Shown here: positions 62,158 through 64,000 of the stretch, one piece after another
Layout of the letters: the number at the start of each line of letters is the position of its first letter
How positions within the stretch are numbered: the first letter of the stretch is position 1
IMG/VR virus record: IMGVR_UViG_3300023240_000010
Reading direction: 5' to 3' (one strand)
DNA: 64,000 bases
Origin: a virus
Translations under genes and position numbers: made by a program
Notes under the pieces: generated by a model
Databases searched by the model: none
What the model was told of the DNA's origin: nothing
Seen by the model: the letters and a program-made list of their open reading frames with translations, nothing else

Positions 62158-62205
62158 AGGCGTACCTCGTTAGGGGGTTAGTTAATTAAACTTCAACATG
62201 ACAAA

Positions 62206-62637
62206 TTATCGGATCAAATCAGGCAATGCCTCCTGTACCAATTTCTTGGTCAATCCTTTCACTGGCGGTTTTTTTGCAATCATAGCGATTACAATTTTGG
62301 CATCTTGTGGATGTACTGATTCTAGTACTTCGATAAACATTTTTTCACGCTTAACATTACTGAGTTGTTCGCATTCCTTGACGCCCACAACAAAGTACTT
62401 AAAGAATCTATGATGTCTAAGTAGAGTCGAAGGTGCAGAATTTGGTTCATTGGCAGTATACGGAGGAGTACCTGCGGGCAGTTTGAATTGAACTGCTGGA
62501 TCGAATGCGCCTTGAAGTACGTCCCGTAGCGCGATTATATCGTTCTCACGTAAAACTTTAATTTTGTCTTGTCGTGATGTTGCGGATTCTACTAGTTCAA
62601 GTATCTGATATACTTCTTTGCGTTTCTGGTGATTCAT
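62206..62637 (-). CDS. Conserved T4-like hypothetical protein (DUF6433-like)
   Basis: K.KVLR....L..VL..AFDP...F.LP.G.PPY...KRE.MFI..LES.HP.DA...K..KGLTKKLV.EA.P. Confidence 0.75.
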   Translation of the reverse strand: MNHQKRKEVYQILELVESATSRQDKIKVLRENDIIALRDVLQGAFDPAVQFKLPAGTPPYTANEPNSAPSTLLRHHRFFKYFVVGVKECEQLSNVKREKMFIEVLESVHPQDAKIVIAMIAKKPPVKGLTKKLVQEALPDLIR

Positions 62638-62684
62638 ATTAATACTAACCTTTCATCTTATTCAATTAAAAACGTACTAAGTGT

Positions 62685-62713
62685 ATTATACACGTTCATA
62701 GCACGCCTGTCAA
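62685..62713 (-). promoter_or_regulatory. Perfect sigma70 promoter
   Basis: TTGACA-N17-TATAAT, intergenic. Confidence 0.9.
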
Positions 62714-62727
62714 CCTATTTCTTACTA

Positions 62728-63432
62728 TTATCTAGTCTTATTTTTCAACTCGGATTTAATCCACTTCTTAGCACGAGAATCTTTAACTGGTTTCTTGGAC
62801 CACGCTCCAATACCCTTGTACGCTGCCATAGTTTCTTTTGTGAAGTCTTTGCCTTCGCTGTTATCTACGATAAAGGTATTCTCTTGACCAAACATTTGCT
62901 GGTATGTTCCAATATTATCTTGCACTGCCTGCCACATCGGGGTAAGCATCTTCTTACCAATAGAGCGTTTACGTTGTGCGTCACGATCAACAGCAGTTTC
63001 TAAGTTGGTGTTCACTACAATGATTGCAGTGTCATATCCCATCTTCTCTAGTTTTGCTCTTTGCGCTTTAATCTTGTCTGAGTCTTTACCAGTTCCATCA
63101 ATAACAATACCTAGACGACCTTTAAGATACATCTCTTGTTTAGCGGCAGTTAATTTAGTTGCTTTACCACGTAGTTCTTGACCCTTAACAGAGAAGATAT
63201 TATCTGGATTCATCTCCATGCCCGCTTTCTTCATAGCGTTTTCGAATGCGTCATCAGAGTTGACGACACGAAATCCAAAACTACCTAGTCCAGTTTTACC
63301 AACGATGAAAGACTTACCGCTACCAGGACCACCAGCAAGAAACACCGCCTTAAAAATAGCAGGATCATTTACGCCTTCGTTGATAGTGTCGTATAGTGCT
63401 TGCTCGGCGAGGTGCTGTTTAAATTTTAACAT
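62728..63432 (-). CDS. P-loop kinase (AAA_33 / zeta-toxin-like) with a putative capsid-targeting N-terminus
   Basis: KAVFLAGGPGSGKS, NSDDAFE, IVIDGTG, V.T.LE.A..R...R.R; N-terminal MLKFKQHLAE..TINE. Confidence 0.8.
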   Translation of the reverse strand: MLKFKQHLAEQALYDTINEGVNDPAIFKAVFLAGGPGSGKSFIVGKTGLGSFGFRVVNSDDAFENAMKKAGMEMNPDNIFSVKGQELRGKATKLTAAKQEMYLKGRLGIVIDGTGKDSDKIKAQRAKLEKMGYDTAIIVVNTNLETAVDRDAQRKRSIGKKMLTPMWQAVQDNIGTYQQMFGQENTFIVDNSEGKDFTKETMAAYKGIGAWSKKPVKDSRAKKWIKSELKNKTR

Positions 63433-63502
63433 TAAAGATCCATATGAGGTTGTGTTAGTTAATAGTATTTAGCGTTAGAACATCTTTCACATTCATTATA
63501 TA

Positions 63503-63958
63503 TCACGATCTATTGTGCCAAGGTTCTGCTGGTCGCACAGGCATCGCAGGTTTAGATAAATGCTTTGCATGTATTTTGCAACCGATGAATGCGTTATAGT
63601 ATCGTTCGTCGAGCAGTACATCATATTCGAATTGTAACTTTGCTTCATAATAGGAGCATTCGCCTTTTGTTGTACATAACTTTAGAACTTCACGGTGATA
63701 GTTATCGACTCCAGTTCTCTTGATCGACTCTAATAGATGTTCGCTTGATCCGTAATACTTCTGCCAGTCAGATGGAACTTTCATCTTCACCTTTCTCTTA
63801 CGGACACTGTTGACTGGCAGTGTCTTGGGTTTCCAGAAGAACTTCTTACCTATATACATTTTACCGGTATCTTTCTCGGTGATACGATACACGAATCCAA
63901 CATAGTCTTTTAAAAACTCTTCGCTGGGTTCAAATGTTTCCTCGTTCATATTCCACAT
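63503..63958 (-). CDS. GIY-YIG family nuclease (Seg-like)
   Basis: GFVYRIT..TGKMYIGKK, W..YYGSS, F/Y.RE.L..C...YYE, YYN. Confidence 0.8.
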   Translation of the reverse strand: MWNMNEETFEPSEEFLKDYVGFVYRITEKDTGKMYIGKKFFWKPKTLPVNSVRKRKVKMKVPSDWQKYYGSSEHLLESIKRTGVDNYHREVLKLCTTKGECSYYEAKLQFEYDVLLDERYYNAFIGCKIHAKHLSKPAMPVRPAEPWHNRS

Positions 63959-64000
63959 GTTACTATATATCCTTAGAATAACCAGTATTCATTTTCATAC

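Noticed and set aside
63503-63958. Mobile homing endonuclease or intron
   Set aside because: Only the short catalytic domain is present, with no DNA-binding repeats and no interrupted host gene, so it is treated as a resident nuclease.
1-64000. tRNA, rRNA, IS elements or integrase
   Set aside because: No cloverleaf with T-loop GTTC in the short intergenic gaps, no rRNA-length non-coding space and no transposase or integrase ORF. The 16S-tail-like 15-mer at 61975 is too short to be an rRNA fragment.

Overview
A 64-kb segment of a large T4-like myovirus genome, most likely a marine, non-cyanobacterial T4-like phage (inferred from gene content and about 40% GC judged by eye). Positions 1-42.5 kb hold the late virion module: neck gp14/gp13, several accessory fibre/structural proteins, a giant 2814-aa Tyr-periodic protein with three co-transcribed accessory genes, a DUF4815/VrlC-like protein, baseplate gp8/gp6/gp25, a gp5 locus split into four genes, gp27-like hub, gp53, gp48, gp4, gp2, gp54, an inserted iscU, gp26/gp51 and a tape-measure candidate. 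Positions 42.5-64 kb, all on the minus strand, hold gp32, gp33, a DenV-like glycosylase, thyX, hemO-pcyX, a TAGT-like DNA glycosyltransferase, an exonuclease, a roughly 10-kb island of glycosyltransferases, methyltransferases and radical-SAM enzymes, then lysozyme, phoH, a P-loop kinase and a GIY-YIG protein. T4 late promoters (TATAAATA) and near-perfect sigma70 promoters are both visible. I saw no tRNA, rRNA, CRISPR array or IS element. The best candidate for an undescribed system is a virion-decoration system with three parts. First, the giant protein is built as a mirror-symmetric fold-back fibre: two ~1100-aa arms with an aromatic residue every 4 positions (29-mers in one arm, 28-mers in the other) around a unique tip domain. 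Second, it is translationally coupled to a glycosyltransferase and an atypical Fe/2OG oxygenase. Third, neighbouring virion proteins are strongly enriched in a D-S-x motif that matches a known O-glycosylation sequon, and the phage carries a large glycan-tailoring island. Other highlights are a probable -1 frameshift fusing gp26 to gp51, a direct-repeat scar around iscU, an AUU start codon, and an ORF-less extended Shine-Dalgarno element. All family calls come from motif recognition by eye; no searches were run.
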